Assembly (NCBI GenBank): GCA_026025795.1
Contig: JAPEUG010000093.1
Location: 1-50,439, forward strand
DNA: 50,439 nt
Source: Thelocarpon superellum
Lineage: Eukaryota
Direction of reading: 5' to 3'
Part shown: positions 21,016 through 32,203 of the stretch, piece after piece
Layout: every line of letters starts with the position of its first letter
How positions within the stretch are numbered: position 1 is the first letter of the stretch
Translations under genes and position numbers: made by a program
Notes under the pieces: generated by a model
Databases searched by the model: none
Told to the model about the DNA's origin: nothing
Seen by the model: only the letters and a program-made list of their open reading frames with translations

Positions 21016-24000
21016 ATGGCCGGAACAAGCGTGGGCACGGTGTCGTCGCCGTCACCGTCGCCGTCGCCGTCGCCGACAACGACACCGTCCTCACGGACCG
21101 CTCAGCACGTGCTGGTTGTCCTGCAGTTTGCCTACCCGGTCATCATTCTCACCGTCTTCCTCCTGGCCTTCACCGTGCATTCCATTTGGTCGGCGGTGGA
21201 GGATCCGCCGGGTACGATGACCACGCCCAAGACCGGCCCCGGTGGGAAACCGCTCCCGAAGAAGCCCCGCCGGCCACCATCCAAGGCCAAACACCGGCGA
21301 GACCATGTCGACTCCAGCCCCTGGCAGAAGTCTCTCCTCATCTGGCTCTCTTTGGGCCTCATCACGTCGTTTGTCGCCAACGCCGTCAACATCATTGTCC
21401 ATGCCTTGACGGAGCGACCATGGTGGTGCGGGCAGGCCACGACGGTACGAGGTGCCTCGTCCCGGGTCGTGACTGACACTGACCGGAGCACAGATCTACG
21501 TCGTCGCCTCGGTCTTCGTCTATGCCACGGTCGTCATCTCGATGATCGACACCACGCCGTCGCCCACCGTTGCGCATCTGTCGACCTGGTTGCTGGGCCT
21601 CGTGCTCGAAGTCATCCTCCTCGCCGCCTCCTTTTCTCTCTACACCGCCCCGCACCCTGAGCGAACGGCAACCACGCCCGACGGCGGACGCTTTCGGACC
21701 CACACCAGCGGCTGGGAGATTGCTGAGCTGACCATTGACTTGGTCCGCATCATCCTCCTCCTCGCCCTCATCGGCCTCTATGCCGCCTTTGCCACGGTAC
21801 GCTACGCGCGGCAGCAGCGGCAAAGCCGAGAGGCGGCCCACGAGGCCCACGAGGCCCACGAGGCCCACGAGACGGCGCCGCTGCTGGGTGACGCCTCCAC
21901 GACGCCGGCCAATGGCCATGGACCCAATGGCCGCGGGCCCGCCCCATACGGCGCCACGGAGACCAATGGCCACAAGCCGGTTGAGGAGACGGAGCCGGCG
22001 CCCGCCGGCTGGGTCCGACCGACGACGACGCCGACCAAGAGCTGGTGGGAATACATCAAGGGCTACTCGCTCTTCTTTCCCTATCTCTGGCCCTCCAAGT
22101 CGCGCAAGCTGCAGCTGGCCGTGGTCATCTGCTTCGTCCTGGTCATGCTGCAGCGGGGGATCAACGTGCTTGTCCCCTACCAGGTCGGCGTGGTGACGGA
22201 CATCCTGTCGGGGGAGAACGGCGAGCCGCCGCGGCTCCCCTGGGCCGAGATCACGCTCTACATTGTGTACCGCTTCATGCAGGGCGGCAGCGGCGTGCTC
22301 GGCGCCATGCGCTCCGTGCTGTGGGTGCCCATCGGCCAATACTCCTACCAGACACTGTCGACCTCGGCCTTTGAGCACGTGCACAGCCTCAGCCTGGACT
22401 TTCACCTGGGCAAGAAGACGGGCGAGGTGCTCTCGGCCCTGAGCAAGGGCAACGCCATCAACACCTTCCTCGAGCAGCTCACCTTCCAGGTCATCCCGAT
22501 GCTGGTCGACCTGGGCGTGGCCATCGGCTACTTCCTCATCGCCTTTGACGCCTACTACGCCCTGGTGGTCGCCATCGTCACGCTGTGCTACCTCTACCTG
22601 ACCATCCGCCTGGCGCAGTGGCGCTCCGACATCCGGCGCGAGATGGTCAATGCCAGTCGCGAGGAGGATGCGGTCAAGAACGACAGCATGGTCTCCTACG
22701 AGACGGTCAAGTATTTCAACGCCGAGTCGTACGAGTTCGAGCGCTATCGCAACGCGGTCAAGGCCTACCAGCGCGCCGAGTGGCACGTGCTCATCTCCCT
22801 GAGCTTCATGAACGTGGCGCAGAACCTCGTCTTCACCATCGGCCTGCTGGTGACGTGCTTCATCGCCGCCTACCAGGTCACGACGGGCCAGCGCAAGGTC
22901 GGGCGCTTCGTGGCGCTGCTGACGTACATGGCGCAGCTGCAGGGTCCGCTCAACTTCTTCGGCACCTTCTACCGCAGCATCCAGAGCGCCATGATCAACT
23001 CCGAGCGCATGCTCGAGCTGTTCCGCGAGCAGCCGACGGTGGTGGACGAGCCGGACGCCGCGCCGCTCCGGACGTGCGAGGGCGAGATCCGGTTCGAGGA
23101 CATCTACTTCTCCTACGACATGCGCAAGCCGGCGCTGCAGGGCCTGTCCTTTGCCTGCCGCCCTGGCACCACGACGGCGCTGGTGGGCGAGTCGGGCGGT
23201 GGCAAGTCGACCGTGTTCCGCCTGCTCTTCCGCTTCTACAACGCACGCGACGGGAGCATCCGCATCGACGGCGCCGACGTGCGCGACGTCACCATCGACT
23301 CGCTGCGCAAGCACATCGGCGTGGTGCCGCAGGACACGGTGCTCTTCAACGAGACGCTCATGTACAATCTCAAGTACGCCCACCCGGGCGTGTCGGACGA
23401 GGCCGTGTACGAGGCGTGTCGGGCGGCCAGCATCCACGACAAGATCCTCGGCTTCCCCGATGGCTACCAGACCAAGGTGGGCGAGCGCGGCCTGCGCCTC
23501 AGCGGCGGCGAGAAGCAACGCGTGGCCATTGCCCGGACCATCCTCAAAGACCCCAAGATCATCTTGTTGGACGAGGCCACCGCCGCCCTGGACTCGGAGA
23601 CGGAGCAGCATATCCAGACCGCGCTGGAGACGCTCAGCCAGGGCCGGACCATGCTGGTCATCGCGTACGTGACACTTCCTCACTCCTTGCCCCTTCGCTC
23701 TCGCGTGGCGCGACGGACCGGCTAATCGTGGGGTGCGCGCCGTAGACATCGGCTGTCGACCATCACCGCCGCTGACCAGATCCTCTGCCTGCACGCCGGC
23801 CGCGTGGTCGAGGCCGGCACGCACGATGAGCTCCTGCAGATGAAGGGACGGTACGCCAGCATGTGGCGCAAGCAGATCCGCGCCGAGCAGGCGGCACAAC
23901 AGGCGAAGGTGCTCAAGGATCGCGCCGACAAGCTCCGGCATCAACCAGCCGACGAGGCCGGGAGCGGCGAGACGAGCGACACCGACAGCGACGGCCACAA

Positions 24001-24136
24001 GCGGGGGCCGGCGGGGGCGGCCTCGGCCTCGGCCTCAGCCACGGCCACGGCCACGGCCACGGCCACGGCCACCGCGCCGCCTGACGCCGCCCCGCATGCC
24101 GGGCCGGATCGTTCCGACCGTGCAGGGCCTCGCTAA
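21016..24136 (+). CDS. HMT1: HMT1/ABCB6-type vacuolar heavy-metal-tolerance ABC half-transporter; exons 21016-21444, 21494-23664, 23746-24136
   Basis: N-terminal TMD0, ABC TMD ([20 protein letters not shown]), Walker [10 protein letters not shown], signature [13 protein letters not shown], Walker B ILLDEAT. H-loop IA|HRLST is restored by intron 23665-23745. Confidence 0.92.
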
Positions 24137-25290
24137 TCTTTGATCCCGTCCAAGGGGCTGTGCCGGGGGCCACAGCCCCGGGTGTCCATTGCAGCATTTG
24201 ATCCCGTAGACGTACAGCGTTCTCTTCAAGCCTTGATCACGCATGCCACCGAGGCGTTGGGTTCCATTCGCGGTGGATGTCGCTCCCATGTCACTCGTCG
24301 CCCGCTCGCGGCCGTAGATCTGCTTCGAACACTTTGGGGGATGGTCACCTGATTCAAAGAATGCCATGGGAGTCTTGGTGTTCCACTGCTCACGACCTCC
24401 TCACGATGGCCTGCTCCATGTCGAGGGGACGTGAGCTCGTTCCGGCGCAGCTTCCCTCTGGCCCCAACGAAAATCCGAGCTCTTTGTCCCCCTTCCTAAT
24501 GGACCCCACGCTGTCCAGCGTCCCTTCATAGCGGGGCCCTACGTAAGACACTTGGCACGGTACATACGGGACGCGGAGCAGGCGAGTACTTCGTCCGTAC
24601 TTTGTCCGTACCCTCATGTCCCAACGCCAGGGTCTCCTTGCAAGCGAGAAGGTCAGGCCAGGGACGAGACGAGGTGCGTAGTGCCAGTGCGCGAACCCCG
24701 TCCGGTTTGCCCGTATGGCGCCTCGCTACGATGTCGGAGAGGTCGAACTGCCGTAACGGCACTCCACACGACGCAGAAGCTATTTGCCCGTCCCATCCAG
24801 ATGCCTATGCTACCCGCCGTCCGCTCATTGATCCCCCCTCCACCCCGGTACGAATCGGTCGCGCCGCGATCAGTCCAACGGTTGCGTGAGCACCAGGGGT
24901 CGGGGCCCAGAACGCACGCCAGACGACGCGGCCGTGGTGGGGTATGACGCCATGACGCGCCGCGGCGAGTGCCGCCCCTACCTGTACCGGGGAGGGGAGA
25001 TGTGCCGGGACCGGCTATCCGCGGCATAACAGGAACAGCCGGAGCTTATCGCTGCCCGATCTGCACCCCGAACGATGGAGCGATGGGATGGCTCGATATC
25101 CGCCCAGCCTAATGCAAGAGACAACACGAAGGCCTGCGGGGAGACGGGCACGCCGGGACGCAGGTTCGTCCCCGGAGACCCTACGGCGAGTAGAGATGGT
25201 ATCTCTCGTAGCGTACCCACCGGATGCATGCCCTGACGGGGGCTACCTCGTGGATGCACCACACGATAGCCTGCCTGCGGAGGTCAGAGG

Positions 25291-25348
25291 CCCAGCCCAG
25301 CCCAACCCAGCCCAGCACAGCCCAGCCCAGCCCAGCCCAGCCCAGCCC
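25291..25348. repeat. (CCCAG)n pentanucleotide microsatellite
   Basis: About 11 imperfect CCCAG units upstream of the proline dehydrogenase gene. Confidence 0.85.
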
Positions 25349-25600
25349 ATAACCTGTCGTGTTCCTCGTACCTCGTGCTTCTGCTGGCGCTCGCCCCCTC
25401 TCACGCCTTTCCTCAACCTCGTTTCTCGTCCGCCCTGGAGAGATAAGGCGGCTCGTCGGAGACGGTCGCAACGCCATTGACTCCGTCTGAGACGTGCTCG
25501 TTGGTGACTCCGCGCTCTCGAGACGCATACACGGGGCCACGTTCCCACAGGTTGCCACCGCTACAGGAGCGCAGCTGGGTGGATCGCACGATTGATCACG

Positions 25601-27121
25601 ATGCGGGGTCCACGCATGATTGGGGCGTTGGAGCGGCCGCTGAAGGGAGGCGGCGACTTGCCCTTCCGTCGGGCCTCGTCCATCACCACACCGTCAATTG
25701 TCCAGTCGGCCGCTTCTCACGACTCGATCTCATGGGCGAAAGCACCGACACGCGCGCCACTTCGGGCGGCCGAGCCGCGCGAACACACACCGCGATCGGC
25801 CGCGCACGCCTCGCCTCTATCCATCCTCCCCCTCTCCGCCGTCCTTCGATCACTGGTCATCAATTCTATCTCATGCAGCCCGCTCCTCCTCCCCTCCTCC
25901 TTGTCCATCATGTCGCGCCTAGCCCATTCCACCTCGCCGCTCCTCAGCCCGGATCGGAACCCGCTCCTGCGATGGCTGCTCAAGCGGACCGTCTATGCCC
26001 AGTTCTGTGCCGGCGAGAGTCCCGACGAGGTGCGGAGGACGGTGAGCGGGCTCCAAGCAATGGGGTACCGTGGCGTCATCCTGGCGTATGCCAAGGAGAC
26101 AGTCATCGAACATCAGCACGCCGTGGACGTGCAGCCCCCACCGACCACCACCGCTTCCGTCGTGGTGCCCAACGAGATTGACGAGTGGAAGAAGGGGACC
26201 CAGGAGACGGTCAAGATGGCGGCGGAGGGCGACTATGTCGCGATCAAGTAGGTGTGCCGAATGCTCCACCGAGATCCCGTCTTGCTTATCAGGCGGTGCA
26301 GGTTTACCGGCGCCGGCTCGCAAACGATGTTCCACCTCAGCCAAGGGCTACCGCCACCACCCGTCCTCGACCAGGCCATGCATGAGCTCTGTCAGCTGGC
26401 GTCAGTCCGCAGGGTCACCCTGATCATCGACGCCGAGCAGCACGCGGTCCAGGCTGCCATCGATCAATGGGCCGTCGCTCTGATGCGACGGTACAACCAA
26501 GCACCGGGGAAGGCGACGGTGTGCAATAGCTACCAGGCCTATCTAAAGGCCACGCCGTCGGTCCTGGCCCAACATCTCTCGATCGCGCAGCGAGCAGGCT
26601 TCACGCTGGGGGTGAAGCTCGTGCGAGGGGCCTATATGGCGTCGGATCCGCGCTACATCTTCAACGACACCAAGGCTCAAACGGACGAGCAATACGACGG
26701 ACTAGTGAGCAGTCTGATGAGGACGGTCTTTACTCCCGTCCTCCCCAACCCCCCGGGTCACGACGGAAGCTTTCCTCGGGTCGAGCTGGTCCTTGCCTCG
26801 CACAACCAGGTGTCCATTCGGAAGGCGCAGGAGATGCGGCGGTCCCAGAGCGCGGCGGGGCGACCCATAGTGAACGTGGCGTACGCACAGCTGCTGGGGA
26901 TGGCGGATAACATCAGCTGCGAGCTTCTCCAGGCGGGTCGAGATGCCGCGAGTGGAGAGTTGCCGCAGGTGTACAAGTATGTGGTGTGGGGATCGACGGC
27001 CCAATGTCTGAAGTATCTGTATCGACGGGCGGTGGAAAACCGAGACGCTGTCACGCGGACGCGGGATGTTCGCAACGCGCTGGCACAGGAACTCTGGAGA
27101 CGCATTCGACGAGGGGTCTAA
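25601..27121 (+). CDS. PUT1: Mitochondrial proline dehydrogenase (proline oxidase); exons 25601-26247 and 26302-27121
   Basis: Motifs YAQFCAGE, K|FTGAG, IIDAEQ, YQAYLK, GVKLVRGAYM, LASHN, YAQLLGMAD, YLYRRAVEN. Intron 26248-26301. Arg/Ser-rich N-terminus resembles a presequence; start uncertain. Confidence 0.92.
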
Positions 27122-27633
27122 TTAGCCTTGGTGTATCGAGGAGGGAGCTCCATAGACGTCGACATATGGCTCACCGCTAGACGTAAGCTGATGATCGTCC
27201 ACCGAAGAAAGATGGGTAGACTATGTCGGACCTTAGGTGTCATGAAGCATCTACATACATGTGAACAACTTTTTGTCTATCCAATTAGCATCAGCATAAT
27301 AAGGAGAGATCTGATAAAAATGTACGTGCGTCTGTAGGCAGAATTCGCATGACCGAGCGGCTCAACATCAGTGCAACGAAGGGAGATGCCGATAGATCAA
27401 GCGGTGAGAGTCTACCTCATCAACGTAGGTCTATCGAGCCGGCAATGGATGGACGTGGATTTAAGGTAAGATATGCAGCACTTGTTCTGTTCGGTCAACA
27501 TTAGGAGCGGGGAGTTAGACCCAGCCGGGTAGATTCCTAGTCGCTTGGCGCACGTGCACTTGACCCTCGACCCCGGGGGATCTCTCCAAAGGAACTAAAG
27601 TCAGTACCGTCACACCATCGCTCTCAACATGGA

Positions 27634-27732
27634 GGACAGCCTGGCTCAGTGGATGACACATCACTGGAAACGCCGTCCTGTCGATTTGACCGTTTATCTT
27701 TTGCTAGGACTCCTGTGTCCGGTCCAAGTCCC
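27634..27732 (+). mobile_element. tRNA-like Pol III element, copy 2 (more degenerate B box)
   Basis: First 21 nt identical to copy 1 (GGACAGCCTGGCTCAGTGGAT), 41/49 identity over the head, ends GGTCCAAGTCCC. Confidence 0.45.
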
Positions 27733-28625
27733 GGGATATCCAAATGCTCCAATTACTCGTCTGTGTAGAATGACATCATTGCGTGTGGCGAGAGTGATTG
27801 CCAGTGGGTGGACGGCAAGATGCTCCAGAAGCATTCCGACGTGAAATGGACTGAATTGGTTAAGCTGATTGGCCTAAGCTGCCGAGAGCTCTACAGATCA
27901 TGAGCAGTCACGTGCATCCTTGTAATTGACTCGTAGTCACGGACGTCGGCTATGCGAATAGTACGAGAGAGCTGCAAAGTCAAGATGGAGCAACTCTTCT
28001 AATCTTCCGCTTCCCTGCCGGATAATCGTCTCTTGAGACAAGATCATTGGGTGGGCTAGAGGCGATCGTGCCACGTGCTGTTCATCGTGGTAGTGAGTGA
28101 TGGATCTTTTGAACGATCAAGGCTTTCCTTGATCCTGCTGGGGTGCTGCGTGTACTCCGTCTTCTGATCCGGAAGGGTCGTCTTCGAGAAACGCTGCGTT
28201 CTCCCATCATCCGCCGTGCCCGCTGCGCCAACATTGGATCGTGTCCTTGCCAACGCGCAATTCACTACTCAGCATGGCGATCCCCTTAAAGGACAGCATT
28301 CCACGCGTATATGCATCGTGGAGTGCTCATGCACTTCCAGGCGCATGCCCGGCCCTAAAACACGCGCAGGGTTCACGAAGAGCCGCGCTGTGTATCTAGG
28401 GCTGGGAGAAGGGTGAATCGACGTGCGTTTCATGCTGTTGTCCAACCAGAGTGTTTGCCCCTCGTTGTGTCTAGGACTAAAGCGCGGCATCTGAACCATC
28501 ATGCAATTCTCGCCCATGTCGCCCGCTGACGTTCTCCCGCTTGCTTCACCACAACGAAAGTCCTTCTACGCAACGGATGCCTCCACAGGATTGTCGATTC
28601 GAATCAGCCTCCTCCAACCACCAAG

Positions 28626-30015
28626 ATGGTTCCTGTCAGCGTCGAGATGTTGGACGAGATGATTCGCCAGTTTGAGATGGCGCTGAGTCATGTCCGTGCG
28701 GCCATCGAGGTGGTACGTAGGATCAAGAGTGGGTGGACGACCAGAGACTGACGATCTTCAGCTACGCCAGCTCGACGGCGAGAAGTGCCGCGAGGTCTCT
28801 CATCTGGTCGCTCAGACCACGGAGATCTTCACGACGGCGGTCTACGAGGCGCTGCCCGCGGGGTACTCCCGCCTCACTCCCACCCAAGCCGACGTCCGCG
28901 CGGTGGCCCAGGGCTCGATGGCTCCCCCCCGTTCCCTTTACCTGGCCCCGTTGGTAGATCTGGAGCAGGAAGACCCGAGCACGACTGCCGCGGCCGACAA
29001 AGGCAAAGGCAAACAGCCGGTGAGCCCTGCCAAGTCGTGGGCCAACGTGGCCGCTCTCGCCGAAGGTGAGAAGCTCACGGGCGAGGCATGGATGCAGGCT
29101 GTACCGCAGACATCCACCGGCAAAGGCGACGCCGCGTCCACCCTCACGCTCAGCCTCACCCCCACCTCTACGTCTAGCTCCAACACCAATACCAACGCCA
29201 GCACGGCCATCGAGAAGCGAGCCATCCAGATCGAGCGCATCTCCGCCGTGCAGTCGAAGATCGAAGCGGCCATCGCGACGCCACACTCCGTTCCCTCTCC
29301 CATTCTCATGCCTCGCGCCAGGCCCGAGCCCAGGCACACGCCCAGCCCCGAGTCGAGCACGGCCATGGCCTCATCCGCCATGGCGCCCGACGCGAGCAAC
29401 GTGATCTGGATCTTCGACCTCCCGAACGCGGTGAGGCACGGCGACATCACCAAGGCCATCAAAGAAGGACCACTGATGTCGATCGCGTTCGCGCGCGACG
29501 CCAAGAGCACGGCGGCCGCGTGCTGCGTCGTCTTCCAGCACGTGAACCAGGCCAACGTCTTCCTGAGCGCGCACCGTCTCCGGTGCAGCCTCAACCAGTG
29601 GACCTTCTCGCGCGGCGAGACGGTCCGGGTGGGAAGCAAGTACGGGCCGGGCGGCGACCTGGAGCTCATGGCGGCGCCAGTATCGGCGCGCCGCCGCCTC
29701 ACCATCGTGCGCAAGGGTCTCTTCACCGAAGTGAACCCGCAGCGCCTCAAGGCCGACGTGGACGCCCTCGCAGGCCCCGACAACGTCGAGCTCATCCACC
29801 TCTTCAACTCCGGCAACGCCACCATCGTCCTCGCCAGCGTCAAGTGCGCCATCATCACCAAAGCCGGCCTGGACGAAAAGGCCGCGCAGAAGTCCGACGG
29901 CCTCTTTGGCGCCGTCATCTCCTTCTCCAAGGACCCCTGTGAGGTCGAGCTCACCTTCTCCACCGTCTACGTGCCGGTCGTCAAGCCCGGCAAGGGCGGG
30001 AAGGGCGTTTGGTAG
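28626..30015 (+). CDS. Protein with two degenerate C-terminal RRM-like domains (fungal Nrd1-like architecture); exons 28626-28712 and 28762-30015
   Basis: VIWIFDLP..IKEGPLMSI..CCVVFQH..A..F, then ARRRLTI..NATIVL..ISFSKDPC. Phase-0 intron 28713-28761 (GTACGT..ACTGAC..CAG). Confidence 0.7.
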
Positions 30016-30134
30016 GGACCCAGCCATCCTCGCTCCCGGAGTGAGCGAGTGAGCGAGGACTGCTGGATGGATTGGGGCGACGAGCACTGGAACAAGGCTC
30101 GTCTAGTTTGGATGGATTGTTGGGGGTGCTGTTT

Positions 30135-30342
30135 CCCTCCCTGTCTTCCTCCCACTCTACCTTTTCTCCCTCCCTACCTTTTCTCTCTCTCTACCTTTCC
30201 TCTCTCTACTCTTTCCTCCCAACCTTTCTCTCCCTTCCCTCTTCTTTCCCTCTCCCCTTTCTCCCTTCTACCCTCTTGGCATTTCCCTTCTTTTTGCCTG
30301 AGCTCTATTCTCTCTCTCACTCTCCCCCCCTGCCTCCCCTCT
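30135..30342. repeat. Polypyrimidine (CT-rich) low-complexity tract between convergent genes
   Basis: About 200 nt almost entirely C/T on the plus strand. Confidence 0.8.
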
Positions 30343-30591
30343 ACGTTCTGTCTGCAGATACGAAGACCGATTGACTGAGAGTGAGCAAGTACTGCACTTT
30401 TGAAACGGCCGTGGAATTGAAATGGGACCCAACTTGATATGACATTGAATCGATCAACGTAGTCTACTATGTTCGCGTAAACCTCACAATGCAGTACTCG
30501 TCTCGATTCATCTCCTCAACACTCAATCGGCCATCCTTCCTCACCTCACGGCCACCGCTCAACCAAGCTGTAGTACCCCAAAGCAGGTCAA

Positions 30592-31319
30592 TCAAGAAGA
30601 AGAGGTAGACAGAGGCGGAAACGAGCGAACGTAATGCGCCGGACACTCGTACCCGCCCGGGTTCTTATCGAGGTACAGCTGATGATACGTCTCGGCATCG
30701 TACCATTCCCCTGCGGGCGCAATCTCCGTCGAGATGGACCCCGCGCGCCACCACTCCTTCTGCACGCGCTCCGTCACGTCCCGCGCCACCTTCTCCTGCT
30801 CGGCGTCATGGTAGAAGATCCCGCTCCGATACTGCGTCCCCGCATCGCCGCCCTGGCGGTTCTTCGTCGTCGGATCGTGCATCTTGTAGAACAGCTCCAG
30901 CAGTTCCCTGTACGACACGCGGGTCGGGTCGAAGATGATCTGGAGCGCCTCGGCGTCTACATCGCCACCACCCCCGTGCTCGTCAGCCTCGCCCCCTCTG
31001 CGTCTCAACAAGCTCGATCTGGGGAGGAAAACCCACGGCCGGTCCGTCCCGAGCACACAGCTCGGTAACTCGGGTTCTTCGTATCCCCACCGATGTACCC
31101 CACTTTCGCATCCAAGAGGCCCTTGCCGTCGTAGTGCTTGCGGAAGATATGCTCGACGCCCCAGAAACAGCCCGCGGCGACGGTGGCCTTCTCCGCTCCC
31201 TCCGGCATCGTGGACGCAGTGGCCGAGGCGCTGCTTCCGTCCGGGTTGAGCCCAAGCCGCGTGCTGCTTGTGAATGGGCGGAAGAGACGGGTGAGGAACA
31301 ATGGCATGCTGGCGCTCAT
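30592..31319 (-). CDS. msrA: Peptide methionine sulfoxide reductase MsrA; exons 31319-31037 and 30956-30592
   Basis: Catalytic GCFWG, GYIGG, VCSGRTG|HAEAL (intron 31036-30957), [28 protein letters not shown]. Confidence 0.95.
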
Positions 31320-32203
31320 GATGAGGATGGCGGCGCTGAGGAGGAGGAGGGGGAGGAAGGGGAGGATGCGGGTGGAGAGCTTCAGATTGCTGGCGATGGG
31401 AGAACGGTTGCTTCACTGGATGATGCTGAAGAGCAGGATGAAGGTGGATCTCGGGCTGGTTATATATCGACCGGTTCCGCGTATACTTAATGCACGCCTT
31501 CTATGGAAGTGATACTGCGAAGTAATAATGGTGGTAGCCGGGTAGAAGCACCAAGTGTTGCTTCCGCCCCTCGGGCTTCAGTGGCGTCATCATGGCCCGA
31601 CGATGGCTGCACGAGCGCACGCCAAAATGCAAGCGAGGGGCAGCGTGACAAATGCTCGAGGCCATAGTTACCGTACTAGTACATGTGCGGAGTCACTACG
31701 GAGCGCGGTAGCTCGTGGCGATGCGGCTTCGTTCCAAATCTTGCACTTCCACCAATGAGCGATCGAGGTTCCAGTAGTCACCTACTTGTGGATTTGACAT
31801 CCTCCACCTTTCTCTCCCACGCTGGGAAAGAGATCTCTACCAGCAGCACCGTGGCCGGTCAGTGGCTTGGAACGTGCCACGACTAATCAGTTTGGTGTCT
31901 GGTCCATCAGGCTTTTCGTTGCTCAGTCACGTTGCGTAGCCGCTCACCTCTGGCAGCGAGCAAGTCCGAATGCGCATTTTTGCGGCTGCTGATTTACAAT
32001 AGGATTTCATTATTTCGCCTTGAAGTATCCTCCTCTCTCGATTGGGACTCAATTGATTGATGACTTGATGATTTGATAAGGAATTGACTCCATATTTACT
32101 CCATCCCACCGTGGCCAAGTTCAACCCCAATGACATAGTGGGTGAACGCTCCTGGGTGCATGCCTACCAAGAGGCAGACGGACCGAGAATACAGACAGAC
32201 GCA

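Noticed and set aside
21392..23998. 868-aa antisense ORF over HMT1, and similar ORFs at 32894-34477, 47829-49196 and 28938-29963
   Set aside because: Shadow ORFs expected from high GC3 codon usage; no recognisable domains.
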